Shown here: in pieces, positions 40,698 through 49,523 of the stretch
Layout: every line of letters starts with the position of its first letter
Numbering within the stretch: position 1 is the stretch's first letter
Assembly (NCBI GenBank): GCA_016788065.1
Contig: JAEUTI010000077.1
Coordinates: forward strand, 98,628-162,627
Direction of reading: 5' to 3'
Source of the DNA: Bacteroidia bacterium
GTDB lineage: Bacteria > Bacteroidota > Bacteroidia > AKYH767-A > OLB10
DNA length: 64,000 nucleotides
Notes under the pieces: generated by a model
What the model was told of the DNA's origin: nothing
Database searches by the model: none
Seen by the model: only the letters and a program-made list of their open reading frames with translations
Program-made: the position numbers and the translations under genes

Positions 40698-41581
40698 TTA
40701 TGGTTTTGTACCTTTTGCTGTCTATTTTAAGTGCCGCTTGTTTGCTGATCATTTTCCGCTATTTTGTATTCTGGAAAATTGATACCATGCATGCCATCAT
40801 TGTCAATTACTGGACTGCAGCAACGTTTTCGTTCATGACAGCACCAGCCGAAAATGGTCGCAAATTGTATATGATTGGAGATTTTTGGTATGTTTCCTTA
40901 CTCATTGGGTTGTTATTTATTGTTGTATTTTTTATAACGGCAAAGACCACGCAAAAAATTGGTGTTGGTGTTGCCTCCGTTGCATCTAAAATGTCGATGG
41001 TAATTCCAATCGGTGCCGGAATATGGTTATACCACGAGTCACTTGATGTGCAGAAATCAATCGGTATTTTACTTGCAATTCCTGCCGTGATCTTAACAAG
41101 CAAGCCATCCAAACAACAGGAAGGAATTGCATTCGACTGGCGAAATTTAGGTTTGCCTGTGTTGCTTTTTGTAGGTGCTGGCCTCGTTGATACCTGCATT
41201 AAATTTATGCAGCATCATTATATGAATGATGATAACAGGCAACTGGTAATCATGTCGATTTTTGCAAGTGCCGGATTAATAGGGTTATTCAAATTGTTAT
41301 TTGAAGTATTTGTTCAGAAGAAACATTTATCAATCAGAAGTATTGGTGGCGGATTATTACTAGGTTCAACAAATTATTTTTCACTTTATTTTTTATTAAA
41401 ATGTCTGGAATCACCGGGTACAGAAAGCAGCTCGGTGTTTGCATTAGTAAATATCGGTGTTGTAATTACGTCCTTTATTACAGGTTTGCTGTTGTTTAAA
41501 GAATCATCCGACAGAAATAAAATTATTGGTTTGATTTTATCGGTGATTGCAATTCTGGTATTGTCTGTTCAGCTCCATTGA
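40694..41581 (+). CDS. DMT/EamA-superfamily 10-TM transporter
   Basis: About 10 hydrophobic segments in a two-halves arrangement. The TTG start at 40694 overlaps the ribD stop; the alternative ATG at 40700 lies 2 nt after that stop. Confidence 0.7.
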   Translation: MIMVLYLLLSILSAACLLIIFRYFVFWKIDTMHAIIVNYWTAATFSFMTAPAENGRKLYMIGDFWYVSLLIGLLFIVVFFITAKTTQKIGVGVASVASKMSMVIPIGAGIWLYHESLDVQKSIGILLAIPAVILTSKPSKQQEGIAFDWRNLGLPVLLFVGAGLVDTCIKFMQHHYMNDDNRQLVIMSIFASAGLIGLFKLLFEVFVQKKHLSIRSIGGGLLLGSTNYFSLYFLLKCLESPGTESSSVFALVNIGVVITSFITGLLLFKESSDRNKIIGLILSVIAILVLSVQLH

Positions 41582-41582
41582 G

Positions 41583-42200
41583 ATGTTGTTTGATGATGAA
41601 TATATAACAGTCACGCATCCTGCAGTCGGTGAATTTCGCGACCGGGGGAGCCGTTTTCTCAGCTTTATCTATCCCGTAAAACGGGAAGCAGAAGTTAAGG
41701 ATTTGATTCAACAAATCAGAAAAAACCATCCCAAAGCAAATCATCATTGTTATGCATTTCGCTTAGGTCCGGGAAAGCAAATATTCCGGTTTTCTGATGA
41801 TCGTGAACCAGCCGGTTCTGCCGGAAAGCCTATTTTCGGAGTGATTCAATCGAATGATTTAACAGATGTCTTAATTATAGTTGTAAGATACTTTGGAGGA
41901 ACTTTACTTGGCGTTCCCGGATTGATAAATGCTTACCGGGAAAGTGCAGCTGCCGGAATTAAAAATGCCAGCTTAATAACGCTTCCTGTTGTTGAACGCT
42001 ATCAGTTGAATTTCAGTTATGAGGTCATGAATGAGGTGATGACTGTGATAAAAATGAGTAAGGCGCAGATTTATCATCAGGAACTTGCAGAAAATTGTAT
42101 GGTTCAGGTTGAATTGGTTAGGAAAAATTCAGAATTATTCCTTGATAAAATCAAAAACAATCACCTTCTTACAGGTAAATGTGAATTAAAATTGTGTTAG
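41583..42200 (+). CDS. YigZ / IMPACT-family (UPF0029) protein
   Basis: GSRFLSFIYPV, HHCYAFRLG and YFGGTLLGVPGLINAY motifs. The ATG at 41583 is preferred over the track's TTG at 41547. Confidence 0.75.
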   Translation: MLFDDEYITVTHPAVGEFRDRGSRFLSFIYPVKREAEVKDLIQQIRKNHPKANHHCYAFRLGPGKQIFRFSDDREPAGSAGKPIFGVIQSNDLTDVLIIVVRYFGGTLLGVPGLINAYRESAAAGIKNASLITLPVVERYQLNFSYEVMNEVMTVIKMSKAQIYHQELAENCMVQVELVRKNSELFLDKIKNNHLLTGKCELKLC

Positions 42201-42202
42201 TT

Positions 42203-43123
42203 ATGAACTTCTCTCTTTTGCAGAAAATGTGCGCCATTCATGCGCCTTCCGGAAACGAATCAGCCATGACCAGGTTTATTTTGGAATATGTGGAAGCCAA
42301 TAAAAAGAATTGGAAAACTCTTCCACAAATACTTCATGGCGAAGATTTTCAGGATTGCATTTTGTTGGTTTTCGGCACTCCCCGCACTGCAGTATTTGCT
42401 CACATTGATAATATTGGATTTACGGCAAGATATAACAATGAACTTGTAAAAGTTGGAGGTCCCAGATTGGTTTCCGGATATCGGTTAACTGGTACCGATT
42501 CAATAGGCAAAATTGAATGCCAGATTGAAGTGGATGAAGAAGATAAAACCATAAAGGCAATTTATGAACGTGAAATTGAACCCGGAACAGATTTAAGTTT
42601 TGCATTTGATTTTCGGGAAGATGAAAATTATGTGCAATCGTGTTACCTCGATAACAGGTTGGGTGTTTTTGCTGCATTAAATCTTGCAGAAACTCTTGAG
42701 CACGGAGTTATTGTTTTCAGTTGCTGGGAAGAACACGGTGGTGGCACTGCCGGTTATTTGGCAGGATATTTATACAACAAATTTAAAATCAGACAAGCTC
42801 TCATCAGTGACATTACCTGGATCACGGAAAGAGTTGTACATGGCAAAGGTGCCGTGGTTTCGATGCGTGATTCAGGGATTCCACGCAGAACTTATGTAAA
42901 CAGAATCAGAAAAATTCTGGATGACGCCAAAATTCCTTATCAGGTTGAAGTTGAATCTTCCGGTGGAAGTGATGGAAATGATATTCAGAAATCACCATTT
43001 CCAATTGACTGGTGCTTTATTGGAGCAGCAGAAGATTTTGTACATACTCCCGATGAAAAAGTGCACAAGGCTGATATTCAAAGTATGATTCAAATTTATC
43101 AATCACTTATGAAATCACTCTGA
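42203..43123 (+). CDS. M42/M20-like metallopeptidase
   Basis: N-terminal LLQKMCAIHAPSGNE, then HIDNIGF, DNRLG, WEEHGG and HTPDE metal-ligand-like motifs in M42 order. Confidence 0.6.
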   Translation: MNFSLLQKMCAIHAPSGNESAMTRFILEYVEANKKNWKTLPQILHGEDFQDCILLVFGTPRTAVFAHIDNIGFTARYNNELVKVGGPRLVSGYRLTGTDSIGKIECQIEVDEEDKTIKAIYEREIEPGTDLSFAFDFREDENYVQSCYLDNRLGVFAALNLAETLEHGVIVFSCWEEHGGGTAGYLAGYLYNKFKIRQALISDITWITERVVHGKGAVVSMRDSGIPRRTYVNRIRKILDDAKIPYQVEVESSGGSDGNDIQKSPFPIDWCFIGAAEDFVHTPDEKVHKADIQSMIQIYQSLMKSL

Positions 43124-43528
43124 TCAGAAAAATCTTTTTAATTTTTCCAGAATATAATCGGGTGCTGCAACCGGTTTACCATTTTGTGTATTAACGAAAA
43201 CTAAAGTTGTACTTGCCTGATTCAACAGTACATCGTGCTGATTATAAATTTCATAATTAAATTTAATTCGTGCACCGGGCAATTCGTTGATAGTAGTCTT
43301 AACCGTCAATAAGTCGTCGTAAAATCCAGGTTTGATATATTTAATTTGAAAATCGAGTACGGGCAACGCAATACCATTGTCCTCCATAGTTTTATAACTG
43401 ATCCCCAATTCCCGGAGTGCTTCTACCCTTCCTACTTCAAAATAGGTTGCATAATTTCCGTAGTAAACATATCCCATACGATCGGTTTCACCATAGCGGA
43501 CTCTGATTTTAGTAATCGATTGAAACAT
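43124..43528 (-). CDS. Acyl-CoA thioesterase (YbgC/4HBT hot-dog family)
   Basis: IRVRYGETDRMGYVYYGNY N-terminal motif. Confidence 0.8.
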   Translation of the reverse strand: MFQSITKIRVRYGETDRMGYVYYGNYATYFEVGRVEALRELGISYKTMEDNGIALPVLDFQIKYIKPGFYDDLLTVKTTINELPGARIKFNYEIYNQHDVLLNQASTTLVFVNTQNGKPVAAPDYILEKLKRFF

Positions 43529-43573
43529 GGTAAATAGTTAATGATGAACTAATTATTTTTTTTTCTGAAACGA

Positions 43574-43581
43574 CAAAAGTA
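43574..43581 (-). promoter_or_regulatory. -7 box TACTTTTG upstream of the thioesterase gene
   Basis: Matches TAnnTTTG on the minus strand. Confidence 0.4.
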
Positions 43582-43634
43582 ACAATACAATGTTTAATAT
43601 TGTATGCATTGATAAGACACACCGGTCCTGATTC

Positions 43635-44384
43635 ATGAAATATAAAGGTTTTCTTTTGTTGGCATTTAGTATAAGTTGCATTGCCTGCAGCACTGTAAAA
43701 CCGTACGCCTATGAATCAAAAGGATTTTTAACTCCCGGCAATTCAGGTTTAGTAGAAGAAGATTCCGTCCTGATCAGAGAAATTGATCCTTACAAATCAA
43801 AAATGCTGGAAATTATGAGCGAAATTTTGGCAGTTTCTGCTCAGCCTTTGGAAAAAGGACAACCTGAAAGTTTGCTGGGAAATTTTGTTGCCGATGCCTG
43901 TTATGAGAGAGCAAATCTGGTAATATCGGAACAAGGTAAACTTAAAGCCGATTTCTGTGTATTAAATAATGGTGGTTTGCGAAGTGCACTTCCTCAAGGA
44001 AATATTACACTGAAAAATTGTTTTGAATTAATGCCTTTTGAGAATGAACTGGTAATGCTCACTTTATCAGCACAGTCAACACAGGATTTACTTAATTACA
44101 TTGCGTCTAAAGGTGGTGTTCCGGTCTCCAATTTACAAATGAAAATTTCCGGATCAACTGCTGAATCGGTTCTTATAGATGGGAAACCAGTCGATTACAA
44201 AAAAGAATATTTTGTACTTACATCTGATTACCTTGCAAACGGTGGCGATGACATGAAAATGTTTCAAAACCCAATAGCCATTGAAAAAACCGGATTGAAA
44301 GTCCGTGATGCCATTGTAGAACATCTTCGAAGTTTACCCAAACAACCTTTTACAGCTAAAGCTGATGGCAGAATTTCCAGATAA
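43635..44384 (+). CDS. 5'-nucleotidase C-terminal (substrate-binding) domain lipoprotein
   Basis: Lipobox LAFSISCIAC, then LGNFVADA ... NNGGLR ... PFEN ... TSDYLANGGD motifs of 5_nucleotid_C. Confidence 0.8.
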   Translation: MKYKGFLLLAFSISCIACSTVKPYAYESKGFLTPGNSGLVEEDSVLIREIDPYKSKMLEIMSEILAVSAQPLEKGQPESLLGNFVADACYERANLVISEQGKLKADFCVLNNGGLRSALPQGNITLKNCFELMPFENELVMLTLSAQSTQDLLNYIASKGGVPVSNLQMKISGSTAESVLIDGKPVDYKKEYFVLTSDYLANGGDDMKMFQNPIAIEKTGLKVRDAIVEHLRSLPKQPFTAKADGRISR

Positions 44385-45315
44385 AAACAGAAGGGAGTTC
44401 CTGAAGCAATTATCAGGAGGTTTGCTTGTGGCTGGACTCACAGGGTTTCCGGACTGGACAAATGCAGCAAAAAATGAAGTAAAACTCACCATTCTGCATA
44501 CCAACGACGTTCATAGTCATGTTGATCCATTCGATGCAAACCACCCAAAGTATGCGGGACAAGGAGGTGTGGCACGAAGGGCAGCTATCATAAAGCGGAT
44601 TCGCCAGCAGGAGAAAAATGTTCTTCTCTTTGATGCCGGAGATATGTTCCAGGGCACACCCTACTTTAATCTGTATGGCGGTGAATTAGAGCTCAAATTG
44701 ATGTCGAAGTTAGGTTATGATGCGGCAACCATTGGAAATCATGATTTTGATAATGGAATTGATGGATTATCAACACAGTTAAAGCATGCAGATTTTCCTT
44801 TGATTAATTGTAATTACGACTTCTCAGGAACTTCAATGGAAGGCAAATCAGTGCCTTATAAAATATTCGAAAAGCAAGGCATCCGCATTGGTGTGATTGG
44901 TGTTGGAATTGAACTCAATGGATTGGTTGATTCACGTTTAATCGGGAAAACAAAATATCTGGATCCTATGCCTCAGATATTGAAAATTTCTTCGTACCTT
45001 AAAAACCGGAAAAAGTGCTCGCTGGTAGTGTGCCTGTCTCATCTGGGACACCAGTATAAAAATGATAAAATTTCAGATATGATACTTGCGGAAAAATCGG
45101 AAAATATCGACCTCATCATAGGTGGCCATACCCACACCTTTCTGGATGAACCTGTTAAAATCAAAAATAAAAACGGAAAACAGGTTCTGGTTACCCAGGC
45201 CGGGTGGGCCGGTTTGCGGCTCGGTCGCATTGATTTTTACTTCAATCCGATAAGTGGTGAAAATCACACAACTACAACCACAATGATAGAAATGAAAAAA
45301 TCAAGTGAAAATTAA
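44365..45315 (+). CDS. 5'-nucleotidase N-terminal metallophosphatase domain protein with a Tat signal
   Basis: Twin-arginine motif NRREFLKQL, then HTNDVHSH, DAGDMFQGT, GNHDFD, SHLG and GGHTHT motifs. It overlaps the upstream gene by 20 nt. Confidence 0.8.
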   Translation: MAEFPDKNRREFLKQLSGGLLVAGLTGFPDWTNAAKNEVKLTILHTNDVHSHVDPFDANHPKYAGQGGVARRAAIIKRIRQQEKNVLLFDAGDMFQGTPYFNLYGGELELKLMSKLGYDAATIGNHDFDNGIDGLSTQLKHADFPLINCNYDFSGTSMEGKSVPYKIFEKQGIRIGVIGVGIELNGLVDSRLIGKTKYLDPMPQILKISSYLKNRKKCSLVVCLSHLGHQYKNDKISDMILAEKSENIDLIIGGHTHTFLDEPVKIKNKNGKQVLVTQAGWAGLRLGRIDFYFNPISGENHTTTTTMIEMKKSSEN

Positions 45316-45425
45316 TTTTTTTTTTATTTTTTTTTACCCAAAATTTGCGTATTAATTTAGTCCATATCAGTGCCCCTCGTTTTATTTTGTTAATAACCAT
45401 CAATAGAGAAAGCCAGCAATAAAGT

Positions 45426-46859
45426 ATGCAAAAGTCACTAGAACAAGTTTGGGACAACTGTCTTCAACTGATCAAAGACAATGTCAGTCCACAGAACTAC
45501 AAGACCTGGTTCGAACCTATTAAACCAATCAAGCTCGATAATAAAGTTTTAACCATCGAAGTTCCCAGTCAGTTTGTCTATGAATGGCTTGAAGAGCATT
45601 ATCTGGATCTTTTGAGAAAAACTATTCGTCATGAACTTGGTGCTCAGGGTCGTCTGGAGTATTCCATTGTCATGGAGAACGCTTTCAACAATTCTAAACC
45701 ATACACGGTTAAGTTCCCGGCTAAAAATAATAACTCATTGAAGAACCCTTCAGTGACTATGCCTCTCGATATCAGTTCGACTATCAGAAATCCGTTTATT
45801 ATTCCCGGATTGAAAAAGCTGGATGTCGATTCACAGCTAAATCCCTCCTATTCCTTCGAAAACTTAATTGAAGGTGATTGCAACCGCCTTGCCCGCTCTG
45901 CAGGTTTTGCTGTTGCCGGTAAACCAGGTGGAACATCTTTTAATCCATTATTGATTTATGGTGGCGTTGGTCTTGGTAAAACACACCTTGCACATGCTAT
46001 TGGTATCGAAATCAAAAATAGCTTCCCTAACAAAACGGTTCTTTACGTCCCTTCCGATCGCTTTATGCATCAGTTTGTGGATTCCGTGAAGAATAACTCA
46101 CAAAACGACTTTATCCATTTTTATCAGATGATCGATGTGCTGATCATCGATGATATTCAGTTCCTTGCCGGAAAAGAACGCACACAAGACGTTTTCTTCC
46201 ATATTTTCAATCACCTGCATCAAAACAACAAACAAATCATCCTGACCTCTGATAAGCCTCCTGTGGACTTACAGGGAATGGAACAAAGGTTGCTGAGCAG
46301 GTTCAAATGGGGATTATCGGCTGATCTTCAGATTCCTGATCTGGAAACCAGAATTGCCATCCTGAAAAAGAAAATGTATGTCGACGGGATTGAACTTCCC
46401 AATGAAATAACGGAATATGTTGCCATGAGCATCACCAATAATGTGCGTGAACTCGAAGGTGCCCTTATTTCTATAATTGCCCAGTCGTCATTGAATAAGA
46501 AACCAATCACGCTTGAATTGGCGAAACAAATGATTGATAAGTTCGTGAAGAATACCGTTCATGAAATTTCAATCGATTATATCCAGAAAGTAGTTTGTGA
46601 TTATTTTGATCTTCCTCTCGAAGTTCTCAAATCTAAAACCCGTAAAAGAGAAGTTGTACAAGCCCGTCAGCTGGCAATGTATTTTTCAAAAAGTATGACC
46701 AAATCATCGCTTTCTAATATTGGAATTCACTGCGGTGGAAAGGATCACGCAACCGTTTTACATGCTTGCCGTACAGTGAACAATCTGATGGAAACAGATA
46801 AGAAATTCAAAACCTATGTTTCTGATATTCAGAAACGAATTCAGGTTCACGATAAATAA
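45426..46859 (+). CDS. dnaA: Chromosomal replication initiator protein
   Basis: N-terminal WDNCLQLIKDNVS..NYKTWF, the AAA+ Walker A GGVGLGKTHL, and the C-terminal DnaA-box-binding domain. Confidence 0.95.
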   Translation: MQKSLEQVWDNCLQLIKDNVSPQNYKTWFEPIKPIKLDNKVLTIEVPSQFVYEWLEEHYLDLLRKTIRHELGAQGRLEYSIVMENAFNNSKPYTVKFPAKNNNSLKNPSVTMPLDISSTIRNPFIIPGLKKLDVDSQLNPSYSFENLIEGDCNRLARSAGFAVAGKPGGTSFNPLLIYGGVGLGKTHLAHAIGIEIKNSFPNKTVLYVPSDRFMHQFVDSVKNNSQNDFIHFYQMIDVLIIDDIQFLAGKERTQDVFFHIFNHLHQNNKQIILTSDKPPVDLQGMEQRLLSRFKWGLSADLQIPDLETRIAILKKKMYVDGIELPNEITEYVAMSITNNVRELEGALISIIAQSSLNKKPITLELAKQMIDKFVKNTVHEISIDYIQKVVCDYFDLPLEVLKSKTRKREVVQARQLAMYFSKSMTKSSLSNIGIHCGGKDHATVLHACRTVNNLMETDKKFKTYVSDIQKRIQVHDK

Positions 46860-46875
46860 CATCAAATGATATTCT

Positions 46876-46915
46876 GAAAAGTGAGTTGTTGATTCGGCTC
46901 ACTTTTCTTATTTTA
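46876..46915 (+). terminator. Rho-independent terminator after dnaA
   Basis: Perfect 10-bp stem GAAAAGTGAG / CTCACTTTTC with a 12-nt loop, followed by TTATTTTA. Confidence 0.7.
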
Positions 46916-46937
46916 TAATAAAAAACAGTCCCCGGAT

Positions 46938-47396
46938 ATGAAATTTTTAATGGTTTGTTTGGGAAATATTTGCAGATCCCCCATCGCCGAAGGTATTATG
47001 AAATCAAAACTTGCTGCTGCTAACATTCAGGGAAAGGTTGATTCGGCAGGAGTTCTTTCTTACCACTCAGGAGAAGCTCCAGACAAAAGAGCAATTAGCG
47101 TTGCAGGGAAATATCAGGTAGATATTTCCGGTCAGGTGGCTCGCCAATTTCGCAAAAGTGATTTTGTTGATTTCGATTTCATTCTGGTTATGGACCGCTC
47201 CGTGTATGCTGAAATCGCAGCTCTTGCACAAACCGAAGATGAAAGGAATAAAGTGAGATTGTTCCTTGAATTTGCAGGTATTAACGAGATAACTGAAGTC
47301 CCTGATCCATATTATGGTGGGCAGGAAGGCTTTGAAATGGTTTATAATATGCTGAATGAAGGTTGTAACCGCATTCTGTTTAATTTGACGAAGTAA
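46938..47396 (+). CDS. Low-molecular-weight protein-tyrosine phosphatase
   Basis: Active-site loop VCLGNICRSP and a DP motif near the C-terminus (VPDPYYG). Confidence 0.85.
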   Translation: MKFLMVCLGNICRSPIAEGIMKSKLAAANIQGKVDSAGVLSYHSGEAPDKRAISVAGKYQVDISGQVARQFRKSDFVDFDFILVMDRSVYAEIAALAQTEDERNKVRLFLEFAGINEITEVPDPYYGGQEGFEMVYNMLNEGCNRILFNLTK

Positions 47397-47405
47397 AGCT
47401 ACCAA

Positions 47406-48116
47406 ATGCAGCATAAGACCGGACGCCTGTTTCTGATACCTGTACCTATTGGGGAAACACCCCCCGAACAGGTTATACCTGCCGGAACCTTGTCTGCTAT
47501 CAGGCATCTAAAGGTAATAATTGCTGAAAATGCCAAAACAGCAAGGGCTTTCCTCAAACAATTCACAATGGATTCAACACTTCAGGAAATTGAAGTGCTG
47601 CAAATGGATAAACATGGTGCTGTTTATGACTTCAACTATTATTTCGAAAAGCTGAGAGCAGGATCAGATACGGGACTCATGAGTGAGGCCGGAATGCCTG
47701 CTGTTGCTGATCCGGGAGCTGAGTTTGTAAAACAAGCCCACCTGGAAGGTATTCAGGTGGTGCCATTAACAGGTCCTTCTTCGATTTTATTGGCTCTGGC
47801 AGCATCCGGACTGAATGGTCAGGGTTTTGCCTTTCATGGTTACCTGCCAAAAGATCAGCAAGAGCGAATTTCAACAATAAAAACACTGGAGCGAAATGCT
47901 TCGAAATGGAATCAGACGCAGATTTTTATAGAAACACCTTACAGGAATCAGGCATTGCTGAATGATCTGATCAATTCCTGCTCAGGAAGCACCCGTTTGT
48001 GTGTGGCCTGTAACATTACTGCAACTGACGAAATTATCAGAACCATGCCTGTTCATGAATGGAGAAATCACAAAATTGATCTCCACAAAAAAACTGCTAT
48101 TTTTCTGATCCTCTAA
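47406..48116 (+). CDS. SAM-dependent methyltransferase, tetrapyrrole-methylase fold (RsmI/YraL-like)
   Basis: GRLFLIPVPIGE N-terminus and SEAGMPAVADPG. The dnaA / PTP / methylase order is as I recall it from Flavobacterium genomes. Confidence 0.65.
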   Translation: MQHKTGRLFLIPVPIGETPPEQVIPAGTLSAIRHLKVIIAENAKTARAFLKQFTMDSTLQEIEVLQMDKHGAVYDFNYYFEKLRAGSDTGLMSEAGMPAVADPGAEFVKQAHLEGIQVVPLTGPSSILLALAASGLNGQGFAFHGYLPKDQQERISTIKTLERNASKWNQTQIFIETPYRNQALLNDLINSCSGSTRLCVACNITATDEIIRTMPVHEWRNHKIDLHKKTAIFLIL

Positions 48117-48125
48117 TTACCTTTT

Positions 48126-48632
48126 TTACTCAGCAGAAACCAATTCTACATCGAAAATTAATGTTGCTGAAGGAGGAATCACCGGTGGATATCCTTGTGC
48201 TCCATAACCTAACTCATGTGGAATAATTAAACGAGCTCTGGAACCTGCATTCAAAAGCATGATTCCTTCATCCCATCCTTGAATCACCTGTCCTTTGCCA
48301 ATTGCAAATGAAATAGGTTGACCCCGATCCACTGAAGAGTCAAATTTAGAACCGTCGGTTAGATAACCCGTATAATGCACAGAAACAGATTTTCCCGGAG
48401 TAGGTTTTGCACCTGTTCCTTCATGAAGCATTATGTATTTTAATCCTGATGCGGTTGTAATAGTATCGCCGGCTACCTCGGAAACCGGTGCCGGTGTATT
48501 GGTAGTATCGGGAGATGTAGTTTCTTCCATAGTGGTGGTATTTTCAGTTGTTTCAGTAACACTTTCAGATTTCGGTGAACATGCTGAAAGAGCAGCAACC
48601 AAGACCATAGCAGCAATAAATTCTTTTTTCAT
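48126..48632 (-). CDS. FKBP-type peptidyl-prolyl isomerase lipoprotein
   Basis: Lipobox LSAC, then VHYTGYL.DGSKFDSS ... F..G.GQVIQGWDEG ... IP..LGYG. Confidence 0.8.
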   Translation of the reverse strand: MKKEFIAAMVLVAALSACSPKSESVTETTENTTTMEETTSPDTTNTPAPVSEVAGDTITTASGLKYIMLHEGTGAKPTPGKSVSVHYTGYLTDGSKFDSSVDRGQPISFAIGKGQVIQGWDEGIMLLNAGSRARLIIPHELGYGAQGYPPVIPPSATLIFDVELVSAE

Positions 48633-48656
48633 AGTGTAAATTATTAAAGGCTTATT

Positions 48657-49523
48657 CTAGTTTTTCCCTTTTACAATATCTATAATTTCAACATCGAAGA
48701 CTAAGGTGGAGTATCCAGGAATCTTGCCATAATCTGTGGCACCATAACCTAAGTCAGATGGAATTACCATTCGGACAACAGCGCCTTTCCTGAAATATGG
48801 AATGCACTCTTCCCATCCCGGTATCACCTCATTTTTTCCGGCAACAAAACGGAAAGGCAGATCACGGTTTTCTGCTTTATCGAATACCATCCCATTCAGC
48901 ATCCTGCCGGTAAATAATGCCGAAATGGTGTCTCCTTTCAATGGAGCGTCACCGGTGCCTTCTTTGGTTGTGAGCACATAAACTCCATTTTCAGTTGGCA
49001 TCACATCCATGTTATTTTGAGTCAAGAACGTTTCAATCTTGACAAATTCTGCTTTTCTGGATTCAATATCTTTGACTCTTTCCAGTGAATCGTAAACAGA
49101 CCTGTTTATAAAGGATTTCATTTTTACACGAAATTGCAATTGATCACCTTTTTTTAAATAAGCAGGCAATTGCCCATGGAATGTTTTTTCAAAAACCGAA
49201 TCAGCACTAACTTTAAACAAAGCACTATCTCCGGGGCCCATCATTGCAAATCCCTCTTCCACTCCACCTGTAAATGTGGGAGCAACTAAAACCACTTTAA
49301 ATGAATCACTTTGCAATCCGGAATCAAAAAGCAGCGAATCTCCTGGTGTATAATAGGCAATGTGCAAAATCATTATATCATCGAGGGCAGGTTTGTCAGC
49401 ACTTTTGGATGTAATAAACTTATATTTTAATCCCGATTTAGTAGTAGAATAACCTTCCTTATCCTTGTCGCATCCGGATACCAAAAGAGCTATGAAAATA
49501 AACAGAAATATAAAATTCTTCAT
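48657..49523 (-). CDS. Two-domain FKBP-type peptidyl-prolyl isomerase lipoprotein
   Basis: Lipobox VSGC and a C-terminal FKBP domain (EVIPGWEE ... IPSDLGYG). Confidence 0.75.
   Translation of the reverse strand: MKNFIFLFIFIALLVSGCDKDKEGYSTTKSGLKYKFITSKSADKPALDDIMILHIAYYTPGDSLLFDSGLQSDSFKVVLVAPTFTGGVEEGFAMMGPGDSALFKVSADSVFEKTFHGQLPAYLKKGDQLQFRVKMKSFINRSVYDSLERVKDIESRKAEFVKIETFLTQNNMDVMPTENGVYVLTTKEGTGDAPLKGDTISALFTGRMLNGMVFDKAENRDLPFRFVAGKNEVIPGWEECIPYFRKGAVVRMVIPSDLGYGATDYGKIPGYSTLVFDVEIIDIVKGKN

Noticed and set aside
43635-45315. The split 5'-nucleotidase considered as a frameshifted pseudogene.
   Set aside because: The domain order is swapped relative to the single-chain enzyme, and each half has its own start codon and its own export signal (lipobox versus twin-arginine). 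A frameshift would not create either feature.
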